Positions 1 through 9,448 of a stretch of 64,000 nucleotides of DNA are shown here, in pieces. The DNA lies in contig JBFFZG010000001.1 in NCBI GenBank assembly GCA_041568735.1, positions 4,301-68,300 of the forward strand. Reading direction: 5' to 3'. This stretch comes from Candidatus Promineifilaceae bacterium (lineage in GTDB: Bacteria > Chloroflexota > Anaerolineae > Promineifilales > Promineifilaceae). Each line of letters opens with the position of its first letter. Position 1 is the first letter of the stretch. Below the pieces are notes generated by a model, which had not been told where the DNA came from, did no database searches, and worked only from the letters and a program-made list of their open reading frames with translations. The position numbers and the translations under genes are program-made.

Positions 1-116
1 ACAGCACCGGCCTACTCGAATTACCTGCCAGCCGATCGGCCGGCGGCCGGTGCCGCTTGAAACGGTCGATCCCGAGAGAGCGTCCCACCCACTGACCAGA
101 CCCCTGTGGAGGTTTC

Positions 117-908
117 ATGAGCAACCAACCTGACTTTCAAATGGCCTACATGGACACCTGCGGCCCCCAGACGATGTTGATGATCCACGGTTTTCCCTTC
201 AACAACCTGATGTGGGTGCCCCAGTATGATGATCTGTACGACATGGCCCGCATCATCGCGCCGGATCTGCCCGGTCACGGGTCGTCGGACCCCATGAAGG
301 GAACCGTCACCATGGGTTTGATGGCCCAGCAGTGCGCTGACCTGCTGGAAAGCCTGGAAATCGATGAACCGATCGTCGTCTGCGGCCTATCGATGGGGGG
401 CTACGTCGCCATGGAATTGGTACGCCAGTTTCCCCGGCGCATAAGCGGGCTGATTTTAACCGCAACCCGGGCCGCGCCCGACAGCGAAGAAGCCCGCTCC
501 GGCCGCAATGCGGCGATTTCGAAGATCAAGCAAAAAGGGCTCGATGTTTTCGTCGACGAAATGCTGCCCAACCTTTTCGCCCCCCAAAATTTCGACCCGG
601 AGAGCGAAATTGTGGCTTATGTACGGGAGATGATGATGCAGACGTCGCCTGAGGGGGCGATTGCCGCTCTGCGGGGGATGAAAGAACGGGCGGATTCCCG
701 GCCGCTCCTTTCGTCGATCGAGGTTCCCACCATCATTATTCACGGCGAGGACGACCAGATTGTTCCCCTGGCCGAAGCGCAGGAAATGTACGCCGCCATG
801 CCCGACTCCAATCTCTTTATCGTCGAAAATGCCGGCCACCTGCCGCCGATGGAGCAGCCGGATGTTTTTAACGGCATCGTCGCCGAATTTTTAGGCGATC
901 TGATTTAA
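117..908 (+). CDS. alpha/beta-fold hydrolase
   Basis: 263-aa ORF; LMIHGFPFN N-terminal motif, nucleophile elbow GLSMGG, C-terminal NAGHLPP His region; GGAGG just upstream of the ATG. Confidence 0.85.
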   Translation: MSNQPDFQMAYMDTCGPQTMLMIHGFPFNNLMWVPQYDDLYDMARIIAPDLPGHGSSDPMKGTVTMGLMAQQCADLLESLEIDEPIVVCGLSMGGYVAMELVRQFPRRISGLILTATRAAPDSEEARSGRNAAISKIKQKGLDVFVDEMLPNLFAPQNFDPESEIVAYVREMMMQTSPEGAIAALRGMKERADSRPLLSSIEVPTIIIHGEDDQIVPLAEAQEMYAAMPDSNLFIVENAGHLPPMEQPDVFNGIVAEFLGDLI

Positions 909-937
909 ACGATGCGGGCGGTTCGTTCGAGACCCTC

Positions 938-1228
938 ATGCTGATCCACATCGTCCTCTTCAAGTTGAAAAACCCCACCGCCGCCAATCGCTCCGCCCTG
1001 ACCGGGCGGCTGCGCGCCCTGGGAGGAGCCATCCCTTTCCTGCGGAAGATCGAGGTCGGCGAGGATGTTTCCCATTCCGATCGATCGTTTGACGTTGCCC
1101 TCATCACGCGGTTTGACGATCTGGATGGACTGGCCCTTTACCAGCAGCATCCCCGCCACCAGGAGGTACTCGCCTGGATTGCCGAAATGGTGAGCGAAAC
1201 GCGTACAGTCGATTTTTTCGATGGGTGA
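938..1228 (+). CDS. Dabb (stress-responsive alpha/beta barrel) domain protein
   Basis: 96-aa ORF 30 nt after the hydrolase gene; IHIVLFKLK start, FDVALITRFDD and YQQHPRH segments fit the Dabb family layout. Confidence 0.7.
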   Translation: MLIHIVLFKLKNPTAANRSALTGRLRALGGAIPFLRKIEVGEDVSHSDRSFDVALITRFDDLDGLALYQQHPRHQEVLAWIAEMVSETRTVDFFDG

Positions 1229-1292
1229 TCGCCGCTGAATCCGACCGCGCGGAGGGGAAATGGGCGGGGCGGGGCCCCCGGAGGCGACTCCT

Positions 1293-1320
1293 TTCAGAAT
1301 TCCAGGGAATAGGATATATT
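1293..1320 (+). promoter_or_regulatory. candidate sigma70-type promoter for the hybrid kinase gene
   Basis: TTCAGA - 16 nt - TATATT about 55 nt upstream of the ATG at 1376; moderate match only. Confidence 0.3.
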
Positions 1321-1375
1321 TTGCTCTAACCAATCCCGGGTCATGCACGACAACACGGCTACCACCCTGTGATTT

Positions 1376-2881
1376 ATGAGTTATAGAAGCCGCATTCTCA
1401 TCGTCGACGATCAGGCCCTCATGCGCAATCACATGCACCGCCTCCTGGCGGATGAGGGCTACGAGCTCGAATTTGCCGAGGACGGCCGCAAGGCGCTCGA
1501 CAAGATCGAGTCCTTTCGCCCCGATCTCATCCTGCTCGATGTACGCATGCCGGTCATGGACGGGTTTAAAGTCTGCCGCCGGGTACGCGAAAATCCGGCC
1601 ACAGCCGAGATCCCCATTATCATGATTACGGCCTTTGATGATCGGCACGCCCGCATGGAGGGGATCCAGGCCGGGGCTGACGACTTCATCCCTAAACCCT
1701 ACGACAGTCTCGAACTGCGGGCCCGCGTGCGCACCATCACCCGCCTCAATCGCTTTCGCCGCCTGATGGATGAAAAGGCCAAGTTTCAGCTGGTGGCCGA
1801 GCTGTCGGAAAACGGCTACCTGCTGATCAACGATTCGGACCAGGTGGTGTTCGCCAACCACCAGGCGCGGCTCTATCTCAACCTGCCGGTTGAGATGGAC
1901 ACCCCGATCGACCAGACGTTTACCGAACTCGTTCAGGGGCGCTACCAGCGGGAATCGGCCCAGAGCTGGGACCCCTGGCCGGGCTGGAACGAAAACAAGG
2001 AGGCCCGCTATCTCGTCCGGCCGGAGACGGTGCACGCCCCGGCTCTCTGGCTCCAGGTCGACACCCTCGACCACCTCCTCTCCGGCAGCCAGATGGTCTG
2101 GGTGGTCAGCCTGCGCGACGTCACCAACCAGATGACCGTCCGTCAGGATATGTGGAAATTCCAGCGGGCTATCCACCACAAAATGCGTACGCCCCTGATC
2201 GGCATGTACAGCGGCATTCAATTTCTGGCCAACTACGTGTCGGAATTATCGGCGGAGGATGTGCAGGCGCTCCTGGCGACGGCACTGGAGCACGGGGAGC
2301 GGCTCCGGGGAGCGGTGGAGGATGTTCTCCGCTACCTGGACACGCCGAATTTCGCCCATGTCGGCAATCAAATCACCCTGCGCATGGTCGCCGAGGCGGC
2401 CCGAGAAATGGGTGAGGCGCTCGAGCTCAAGTCCTGCACCGTCGAGCTCGACGAGGCGATCGCTGAGGAAGCACTCGTGCTCTCGCAGGAGTCGATGGAA
2501 GTGATTCTGTGGGAGCTGCTCGAAAATGCCAAGAAATTCCACCCCGACCACAGTCCGGACGTCCTGGTAAATCTCGAAGCGGCCGCCGAGAAAGGATCGG
2601 CCGCCGTCCTCATACTCGACAACGGCACCTCCCTGACGCCCGAACAGCTGCAGCATATCTGGCAGCCTTACTACCAGTCGGAAAAGAGTTTCACCGGTGA
2701 AATCGAGGGCATGGGGCTCGGCCTGCCCACGGTCGCTTCCGTTCTCTGGGGAGTCGGGGGCAAATGCCAGCTCCTCAACCGGCCGGACGGGCCCGGAGTC
2801 GAAGCGCAGCTGATTATTCCCTTTATCTCACAAAATGACCTGCTGAACCGCGAAAAAGAGTTCGAAGAAGTAGAAGATTAG
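1376..2881 (+). CDS. hybrid response-regulator receiver / PAS-like / histidine kinase
   Basis: 501 aa; N-terminal receiver (ILIVDDQ, LILLDVRMPVMDG, FIPKP), central PAS-like segment, H-box HHKMRTPL, HATPase_c boxes (ENAKKF, LDNG, GMGLGL). Confidence 0.85.
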   Translation: MSYRSRILIVDDQALMRNHMHRLLADEGYELEFAEDGRKALDKIESFRPDLILLDVRMPVMDGFKVCRRVRENPATAEIPIIMITAFDDRHARMEGIQAGADDFIPKPYDSLELRARVRTITRLNRFRRLMDEKAKFQLVAELSENGYLLINDSDQVVFANHQARLYLNLPVEMDTPIDQTFTELVQGRYQRESAQSWDPWPGWNENKEARYLVRPETVHAPALWLQVDTLDHLLSGSQMVWVVSLRDVTNQMTVRQDMWKFQRAIHHKMRTPLIGMYSGIQFLANYVSELSAEDVQALLATALEHGERLRGAVEDVLRYLDTPNFAHVGNQITLRMVAEAAREMGEALELKSCTVELDEAIAEEALVLSQESMEVILWELLENAKKFHPDHSPDVLVNLEAAAEKGSAAVLILDNGTSLTPEQLQHIWQPYYQSEKSFTGEIEGMGLGLPTVASVLWGVGGKCQLLNRPDGPGVEAQLIIPFISQNDLLNREKEFEEVED

Positions 2882-3312
2882 CGGACGATCAGCCAGCCAC
2901 CGATCAAGAGGAGAGCCATCCCCATCAGGCGGGCCAGATCGAGCGGCCGAACCGCCGAATCCAGCCAGCCGTAGTGATCGAAGAGGGCCGAAAGGGCATA
3001 CTGGGTCACCGCTACGATGGCAAACGTCGCCACGAAACCCAACCGGGGGACCGCGTAGCCGATCACACCGACGATGATTAATCCGGTCAGCCCGGCCAGG
3101 TAGGCATACCAGGGTGCCTGGTGCCAGCCCCCCAGATTTCCTCCGCGCAGCAGGAGCATGATCAGTCCGATGATCACCCCACCGCCGAAATAGGTGATGA
3201 ATACACTTTCCACGGTGCCAAAAACGGTGTCCAGCGTCCCCATAAAACGCGCCTGCAGGACGACGGCGATACCACCCAGAACCGGAATTCCAATTAACAG
3301 CAGCTGGTTCAT
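2878..3312 (-). CDS. small DMT-superfamily membrane protein (YdcZ/DUF606-like)
   Basis: 144 aa, almost entirely hydrophobic with several predicted TM helices; its stop overlaps the stop of the convergent kinase gene (TTAG). Confidence 0.65.
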   Translation of the reverse strand: MNQLLLIGIPVLGGIAVVLQARFMGTLDTVFGTVESVFITYFGGGVIIGLIMLLLRGGNLGGWHQAPWYAYLAGLTGLIIVGVIGYAVPRLGFVATFAIVAVTQYALSALFDHYGWLDSAVRPLDLARLMGMALLLIGGWLIVR

Positions 3313-3539
3313 CTTTCACTCTCACCCTGTAAATGTTTTGGGAGACCCGGCCTTTACCCCCACCCAAACAAATCGGAGGATTCATCGGCCCCTGCTGGTC
3401 TTACCCGTTTCACGATGGTAGTATCCATGGAACCGGGCCCGGCTCTCCGGCCGCCATCGCTGGCCCGACGAGCAGGGAAAATCACCCGGCCGCCCGGATC
3501 GCAATCAGACCAGAGGTACTTTTGCCAGGCAGTCGCTTT

Positions 3540-5285
3540 ATGAGCACCCAGGACCGCATGCCCCGCATTCTCGTCACGGAAGAAATGCCCGACGAGGCCA
3601 TCTCACTGCTCGAGCAGGTCGGCGAGGTCGACCGGCAACCCGGCCTGTCACGCCCCGCCCTCATGGAACGATTGCCCCATTATGAAGCGTTTATCACCGG
3701 TGGGCAACGAATTATCGACGCCGAACTGATCCACAAGGCGGCCAACTGCCGGGTCATCGGCCGGATCGGCGCTGGCCTGGAGAATATCGACGTGGTAGCC
3801 GCCCGCGAACGGCACATCCAGGTCGTCAACACCCCCGGCGTCCAGACCCTCGCCGTCGCCGAGCACACATTCGGCCTCATGCTGGCCATCGCCCGGCAGC
3901 TTCCCCAGGCGCAGAAGGCCCTCCAGGCGGGATCCCGGCCGGCGAGCAGCCTGACCGGCACCGGCCTGGCCGGAAAAACGCTCGGGATTATCGGCTACGG
4001 CCGGATTGGTCGGGAGGTCGCCCTCAGAGCGCGCGCCTTTGGCATGCGGCTGCTCGTCAATCAGCGGCGGCCGACCCCGGAGCTCGACATGGAGGGCATT
4101 GAATCGGTCGACCTGCGGGATCTCCTTCAGCGCGCCGATTTTGTCACCATCCATGTCCCGCACCGGCCGGAAACGATCGGTTTACTCGGCCCCAATGAAA
4201 TCCAGCAGATGAAAAAAGGGGCCTTTTTAATCAATACCGCCCGCACCGAAATCGTCGACGAAGCCGCCTTACTCGATGCCCTGAATCGTGGGCAGATCGC
4301 CGGCGCTGCGCTCGACGTCCATGGGGAAGAAACGGCCGTCAATCCGGCTTTAATCAAACACGAGCGGGTCATCGCCACTCCCCACATCGGCGCGCGGACG
4401 GCCGATGCGCAGCGCGAGGCGGCCATCAGCACCGCCGAACAGGTCGCCGAAATCCTCCAGCAGATCAGCATCGAAAATATTCTCCCGCTCAAGGTCGTCC
4501 CCATGGACAAGATCTTCCCCCACGAAAGCATCGACCAAAAACGGGTCGATCGACTGGCGGCCCGGCTGGAAGCGGAAGGGGTTCTGGGCAACCCGCCAAT
4601 TGTCACCCAGGTAGACGACAAGTACATGGTGCTCGACGGCGCCACCCGCACCGCGGCCATGAAAAAACTCGGCTTTCCCCACGCCATTGTCCAGGTCAGC
4701 TCGTCGGAAGATGGGCTCGACCTGCACACCTGGTACCACGTCGTCCGCAAAATTGATCTGGCGCGGCTCCTGGCCATCCTGGAGGCGATGCCGGATATTT
4801 TCCTGGTGCCGGTCGACCCGGAAAAAGCGGCCGATGATATGTTCGCTTACGGCGCGATGTGCTACCTGCACACGGTGGACGACCGGGCCTACCTGGTGCA
4901 GCCGGCGGCCGGAGTGAACCGGCTCGACGCCCTCAACCACCTCACCGAAACCTACATTGAAGCGGCCACGGTCGATCGAACATTGGACCGCGACATCCAC
5001 CTGCTGCGAGCCGAGTACCCCGACCTGACCACCCTCGTCGTTTTTCCGGCTTATTCGGTCGCCCAGGTCATGCAGGTCACCATTTCCGGCCGTTATTTTC
5101 CGGCCGGCATTACCCGGTTTGTCATCCCCGGGCGCATTCTGCGCCTCAACGCCGATCTGTCCGTGCTGCGCTCGGATAAGCCGCTGCACGAAAAAAATCG
5201 GTGGCTGAACCAGCTCCTCGAGGAAAAACTTCGCCAGAACGCGATCCGGTTTTACCGGGAGCCGGTTTATCTGCTCGATGAATAA
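3540..5285 (+). CDS. D-2-hydroxyacid (PGDH-type) dehydrogenase fused to a ParB/Srx-like C-terminal module
   Basis: The track ORF starts at 3333, but those 69 codons are Pro/Gly-rich and look non-coding. The ATG at 3540 (MSTQDRMPRILV) gives a normal N-terminus. Residues ~1-315 carry the NAD fold GIIGYGRIGREVA, NTAR and TPHIG. Residues ~320-582 begin VVPMDKIFPHESID...GNPPIV...YMVLDGATRTAAMKKLG, a ParB N-terminal-domain-like layout. Confidence 0.8.
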   Translation: MSTQDRMPRILVTEEMPDEAISLLEQVGEVDRQPGLSRPALMERLPHYEAFITGGQRIIDAELIHKAANCRVIGRIGAGLENIDVVAARERHIQVVNTPGVQTLAVAEHTFGLMLAIARQLPQAQKALQAGSRPASSLTGTGLAGKTLGIIGYGRIGREVALRARAFGMRLLVNQRRPTPELDMEGIESVDLRDLLQRADFVTIHVPHRPETIGLLGPNEIQQMKKGAFLINTARTEIVDEAALLDALNRGQIAGAALDVHGEETAVNPALIKHERVIATPHIGARTADAQREAAISTAEQVAEILQQISIENILPLKVVPMDKIFPHESIDQKRVDRLAARLEAEGVLGNPPIVTQVDDKYMVLDGATRTAAMKKLGFPHAIVQVSSSEDGLDLHTWYHVVRKIDLARLLAILEAMPDIFLVPVDPEKAADDMFAYGAMCYLHTVDDRAYLVQPAAGVNRLDALNHLTETYIEAATVDRTLDRDIHLLRAEYPDLTTLVVFPAYSVAQVMQVTISGRYFPAGITRFVIPGRILRLNADLSVLRSDKPLHEKNRWLNQLLEEKLRQNAIRFYREPVYLLDE

Positions 5286-5364
5286 GATAGACGGATTCAG
5301 GACCGACTTTTTGGCCAGGTTGCCCAATGACCGGGCGGCCCATTCCGATTAAACTGCAGCAGAC

Positions 5365-5790
5365 ATGGATAATTTCGAAGCCTTTATTGATCACGTCCCC
5401 CTTTTTAAGGGTTTGACCCGCCGGCAGCGCCGGCGCCTGGCCGGGATGGGTGTGCGCCGCAGCTACGAGGCCGGTCAGCGCATCGTCACCCAGGACAGTC
5501 TGGGGGTCGGCATGTACGTGGTGCTTTCCGGCCGGGCAGAGGCGATTCGGGAGCGGCTCGACGGCACAGCCGTGGTCGTCAACGAGTTTGGGCCGACCGA
5601 TTTTTTTGGGGAGCTGGCCCTCCTGGCCGAAGGACCGCGGACGGCGACGGTCTTGGCCGTGGAGCCGACCGACTGCCTGATCCTCATGCGTACCGATTTC
5701 CTCGAACTGCTGCAGAGCGACGCCCAGATGGCGGTCACCGTGGCGACAGCGCTCGCCGAACGCTTCCGCCGCGCACTCGAAGCCCTCTAA
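5365..5790 (+). CDS. stand-alone cyclic-nucleotide-binding (CAP_ED) protein
   Basis: 141 aa; FKGL start, FFGELALL and PRTATV phosphate-binding-cassette motifs; no additional output domain. Confidence 0.85.
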   Translation: MDNFEAFIDHVPLFKGLTRRQRRRLAGMGVRRSYEAGQRIVTQDSLGVGMYVVLSGRAEAIRERLDGTAVVVNEFGPTDFFGELALLAEGPRTATVLAVEPTDCLILMRTDFLELLQSDAQMAVTVATALAERFRRALEAL

Positions 5791-5842
5791 ATCGACCTCC
5801 GGCGACCGCGGCCGATTTCACCGCGGCCGGAGCACCAGGCCT

Positions 5843-8800
5843 ATGATCCAGTGTCCAACCTGTGGGTTTGCCAGCCACCCCGACCTCAATTTTTGCGGCC
5901 GCTGCGGCCGCCCCCTGAAGGCCCCCGGCGCCGGTCCCCAGCCGCAGCCGCCGGCGCCAGGCGAAATGCGGCTGGTGACCGTGCTCATGGCCGACATCAG
6001 CGGCTCCACCGAGCTCCTGGAAAAATTGGGCACGGAACAATGGGTCACGCTGATGAAAAACCTGCTGCAAAAGCTCGGCGCCGAGGTCTACCGCTTCGGC
6101 GGTCGGGTCGATCAATTTCGCGGCGACGGCCTGGTCGCTTTTTTTGGTTCGGTGGGAGCCCACGAGGACGACAGCGAACGGGCTGTTCTCGCGGCCCTGG
6201 CCATGCAGGAAATGTGTGAGCTCGACCGCTCGCTAAATGTTGAGCTGGATGGCTTCAGCGGGCCGCTCCGCCTGCGCATCGGCATCCATACCGGGGAGGT
6301 GGTGGTCGGCAAAGTCGGAGATGAGCGCCTGCACCAGGAAGACACGGCCATGGGGCGGGCGATCGCCCTGGCATCGCGCCTCGAAAATCAGGCCGCCCCG
6401 GGAGCGATCTGGGTGAGTCAGGCTACTTACGAGACGATCAGCGGCCGGTTCGATTGGCGGGAAATCGGGTCGGTTCGGCTGCGTGGTTTTTCCGAACTGA
6501 TGCCGGTCTATCAGCCACTCGCCCCCCGGCTCGAAGAGAGCCGGAGCCCGGTTTTTTTTGGCGGTGATCTGCTGGCCCGTCCACGGGAGGTCCACCAGGT
6601 CCTGCAAAAAATCGAGGAGCTCCGGCAGTTCCGCCAGGGAGGGGTCATCACGCTGTCCGGAGCCCGCGGCATGGGTAAATCCCAGCTCATGGAACAGGTT
6701 CGGCGTGCCCTCAACGCGAAAAGAGCCACCTCTCCGCAGATCACCTGGCTGCACGGCCGCTGCCGCTCCTATGAACAATCGATCCCCTTCGCCTTGTGGC
6801 GCTCCCTCCTGTTTCGCTATTTCGGCATTCGTGAGGGGGAAGATTCCCAGGCCATCCGCCGGCAAATCGAGGCCCAGACCCGGGCCCTCGACCCCGCCCT
6901 TGCCTCTGAATTTTTACCGTGGCTGCTCCGCTTTTTCGGGATGGACGGCCGGCCGGCCGCCCGCGCCGCGGCCGCCAATCTGACGGACGAGACGGCCTAC
7001 GATCGCTTCCTGGAAGCCGAAGACATGCCCCGCAGCGCCCTCGAAAGGACCCATGGGGAATTGGAGCGGCAGACGCTCTTTCATCAGGCCAATGGCTACC
7101 TGCGGGCGATTTCCCGGTTGGCACCGGTCGTGATTCTTTTCGAAAATCTACAGTGGGCAGATGAAACCTCGCTGGCATGTCTGAATTACTGCCTGCCGGC
7201 CCTCCGGCATTATCCGATCCTGTTCGTCCTGAGCACCCGGCCCGAGCTGCCCCTGTCGCGGAGTGGCGCCAGATCCCTCCTCGAGAAAATCGAAGAGCGT
7301 TTTCCCGGCCGTCACCAGCATATCCAACTCGACCCCCTGGGAGCGACGGAAAGTCATGCCCTGATCGGCGAGGCGGTCGGCCGGCATACTCTCCCCGATG
7401 ACCTGCAGGCGCTGCTGGTGACCCGGGCCGAGGGCAATCCCTACTTTCTAGAACAGCTCCTCCAATCGCTGATGCGCCAGGGAGCCCTCGTGCAGATGCC
7501 GCAGACCGGCCGCTGGCAGCTGGTCCAACAGATTGATTCCCTCGAACTGCCCTCGAGCCTGCAGTCCCTGCTCCAGGCCCGGCTCGACCTGCTGCCGCCG
7601 GATGCCCGGAAACTGCTCCAACAGGCGGCCGTCGCCGGGGCTCACTTCTGGACAGAGGTCCTCGAAAATCTGCCCCACCCGATTCCAATAAAAGAGCCGC
7701 TCGCGCTGCTTGAGCGAGAAGGCATTGTCGCACGGGTCCAGCCTACCCCCCACCTCGGCTGGGAGTTCCGCTTCCATTCCATTCTCCTGCGCGACGTGGT
7801 TTATCAGAGTTTGCTCACCGAGCAGCGGCGGGATCTGCACCGGCAGACCGGGCTGGCCCTCGAAAAGCTCCTGGGCGAGGATACCCGCTTCCAGGCGAGT
7901 CTCCTCGTCCACCACTTTCACCGGGCGGGGGATCAGACCCGGGAACTTCGCTACCTGCTGCTGGCGGCCGAAACGGCCGAACAGGCCCATGCCGACGAGG
8001 AAAGCGTCGCTCTCCTGGACCAGGCGGACGGCATTCTCACCGCCCTGTTGGAGCAGAAGCCCGGAAAACAGGGGGAAAATGCCTACCTGGACCAGCGTTT
8101 CTCCGTCCTCTCCCGGCGGCTGGCGATTGGACAGCGGCTTCGGGATGGCCCTTCAGCGCAGCGGGACGCCGCCGCCCTGCTGCAGCTGGCCGGCCGGCTC
8201 AAAAAACGTTCCCGGCTGATCGATGCCATCTTGCTGCAGCCGGCCGTTTCCTCCTGGCGCGAGGAGGCGGATCTGATCCGCGGCCTTGAATTCGCCAACC
8301 AGGCGCATCAGCTGGCCGTCCAGGCCAAGGATCGACTCCGCGAAATGAGAAGCTTGATGGCTCTGGCCCGCCTCGGCCGCTTCCGTGGGAATCCGGAGGC
8401 GGTTGCCCAGGCCGAACGGGCGCTGTTCATCGCCCGAGAAATCGGGGATCGGCAGGCGGAGGTTTACCTCCTGATCTGGCTGGGGACCACGTTTGACTGG
8501 ATTGACGAGCCGGAAAGAGCCCAGCCTTATTTCGATCAGGCCTACCCCCTGACCCGGGAATTAAATGACAAGGAAGCCGAAATCGAGCTTCTGAAACAGA
8601 CCGGTCTCCGGGCCGAACGGGCCGGGGACTACTACCGATCCCTGACCGACTATCACGAGCGGCGGCGGCAGCTCGCCCGGCGAACGGGCAACCGGCTGGC
8701 CGAGGCGCAGGCCGCCATGCTGCAGGGAATGGTCCGGGGGATTTACCTGGGGGATCTGCAGGCCGGGTTAGAAGAGCTGATCAGCGGACGGCGGCTCTGG

Positions 8801-9448
8801 CAGGGCACCGGCGTCGAAGCAATCGCCCTCGTCTACATCGCCCATATTCTCATCCTTCAGGGAGCGTTTGAAGCGGCCGGGCAGGCACTCGACCATCCCG
8901 TCGAACAAACCGGCTCCTTAAATAATGACATTGTGCGGACCGCCCGCGCCCTCGTTCGCGCTATGTGGCACAACGAACAGGGAGGGCTCACGCACTGGCA
9001 CAGCGCCCTCGGGGAAGCCGCAGCCGTCCTGGTGCTGACCCGGGAGCGCCCCCTGCTCAGCCGGCAGTTCAGCATGGCGGCGGCCGTGCAGGCCACCATC
9101 GCCCATCTCGGCCTGGGGTCGACCATGCCCGAAGACCAGGTTTATCATCTCGAGCGCGCCCTCGACTTCGCCAGCGAAGGTCTGAAAATCTACCGCCAAA
9201 CCGGCTTCACCCAAATTACCGAATGTGTTGGCGAGAGCGTCCTCTACTGGCACGGCCGCGCCCTGGCGGCGGTTGGCCGGCAGGCGGCGGCGTTGGCCAG
9301 CTACCGCGAAGCCTATGGAGAAATGCGGCGCAAATGGCGGCTCATTCCGGAAGACTCCCACTTCCGCCAGACGTACATCGACCAGCTGCCCATCCACCAG
9401 CTCATCGTCAAAGAGGCTGAAACCCACCGGTTTCTCGAGGAAGATTAG
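5843..9448 (+). CDS. zinc-ribbon / class III nucleotidyl cyclase / STAND-type ATPase / TPR protein
   Basis: 1201 aa; CPTCG...CGRCG zinc ribbon, cyclase homology domain (LMADISGST, FRGDGLVAFF, IGIHTGEVVVG, LASRLE), Walker A GARGMGKS, long helical/TPR-like tail. Confidence 0.85.
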   Translation: MIQCPTCGFASHPDLNFCGRCGRPLKAPGAGPQPQPPAPGEMRLVTVLMADISGSTELLEKLGTEQWVTLMKNLLQKLGAEVYRFGGRVDQFRGDGLVAFFGSVGAHEDDSERAVLAALAMQEMCELDRSLNVELDGFSGPLRLRIGIHTGEVVVGKVGDERLHQEDTAMGRAIALASRLENQAAPGAIWVSQATYETISGRFDWREIGSVRLRGFSELMPVYQPLAPRLEESRSPVFFGGDLLARPREVHQVLQKIEELRQFRQGGVITLSGARGMGKSQLMEQVRRALNAKRATSPQITWLHGRCRSYEQSIPFALWRSLLFRYFGIREGEDSQAIRRQIEAQTRALDPALASEFLPWLLRFFGMDGRPAARAAAANLTDETAYDRFLEAEDMPRSALERTHGELERQTLFHQANGYLRAISRLAPVVILFENLQWADETSLACLNYCLPALRHYPILFVLSTRPELPLSRSGARSLLEKIEERFPGRHQHIQLDPLGATESHALIGEAVGRHTLPDDLQALLVTRAEGNPYFLEQLLQSLMRQGALVQMPQTGRWQLVQQIDSLELPSSLQSLLQARLDLLPPDARKLLQQAAVAGAHFWTEVLENLPHPIPIKEPLALLEREGIVARVQPTPHLGWEFRFHSILLRDVVYQSLLTEQRRDLHRQTGLALEKLLGEDTRFQASLLVHHFHRAGDQTRELRYLLLAAETAEQAHADEESVALLDQADGILTALLEQKPGKQGENAYLDQRFSVLSRRLAIGQRLRDGPSAQRDAAALLQLAGRLKKRSRLIDAILLQPAVSSWREEADLIRGLEFANQAHQLAVQAKDRLREMRSLMALARLGRFRGNPEAVAQAERALFIAREIGDRQAEVYLLIWLGTTFDWIDEPERAQPYFDQAYPLTRELNDKEAEIELLKQTGLRAERAGDYYRSLTDYHERRRQLARRTGNRLAEAQAAMLQGMVRGIYLGDLQAGLEELISGRRLWQGTGVEAIALVYIAHILILQGAFEAAGQALDHPVEQTGSLNNDIVRTARALVRAMWHNEQGGLTHWHSALGEAAAVLVLTRERPLLSRQFSMAAAVQATIAHLGLGSTMPEDQVYHLERALDFASEGLKIYRQTGFTQITECVGESVLYWHGRALAAVGRQAAALASYREAYGEMRRKWRLIPEDSHFRQTYIDQLPIHQLIVKEAETHRFLEED

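Noticed and set aside
2874-2881. Identical AAGATTAG at two convergent gene junctions (also 9441-9448), each giving overlapping TAG/TAA stops
   Set aside because: Only 8-9 nt are shared and the flanks are unrelated. It is most simply a coincidence of two proteins ending in Glu-Asp before TAG, not a repeat element.
3333-3539. 69-codon N-terminal extension of the dehydrogenase-ParB ORF
   Set aside because: It is Pro/Gly/Trp-rich, has no homology-like pattern, overlaps the likely promoter region divergent from the DMT gene, and an ATG with a normal dehydrogenase N-terminus follows at 3540.
5365-9448. Reading the cyclase + cNMP-binding pair as a Pycsar/CBASS-like anti-phage system
   Set aside because: The receptor has no TM, TIR, nuclease or other effector domain. 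No other defence genes or mobile-element markers are nearby. Cyclase-ATPase-TPR proteins of this architecture are common signalling proteins. It is kept only as a signalling-pair finding.
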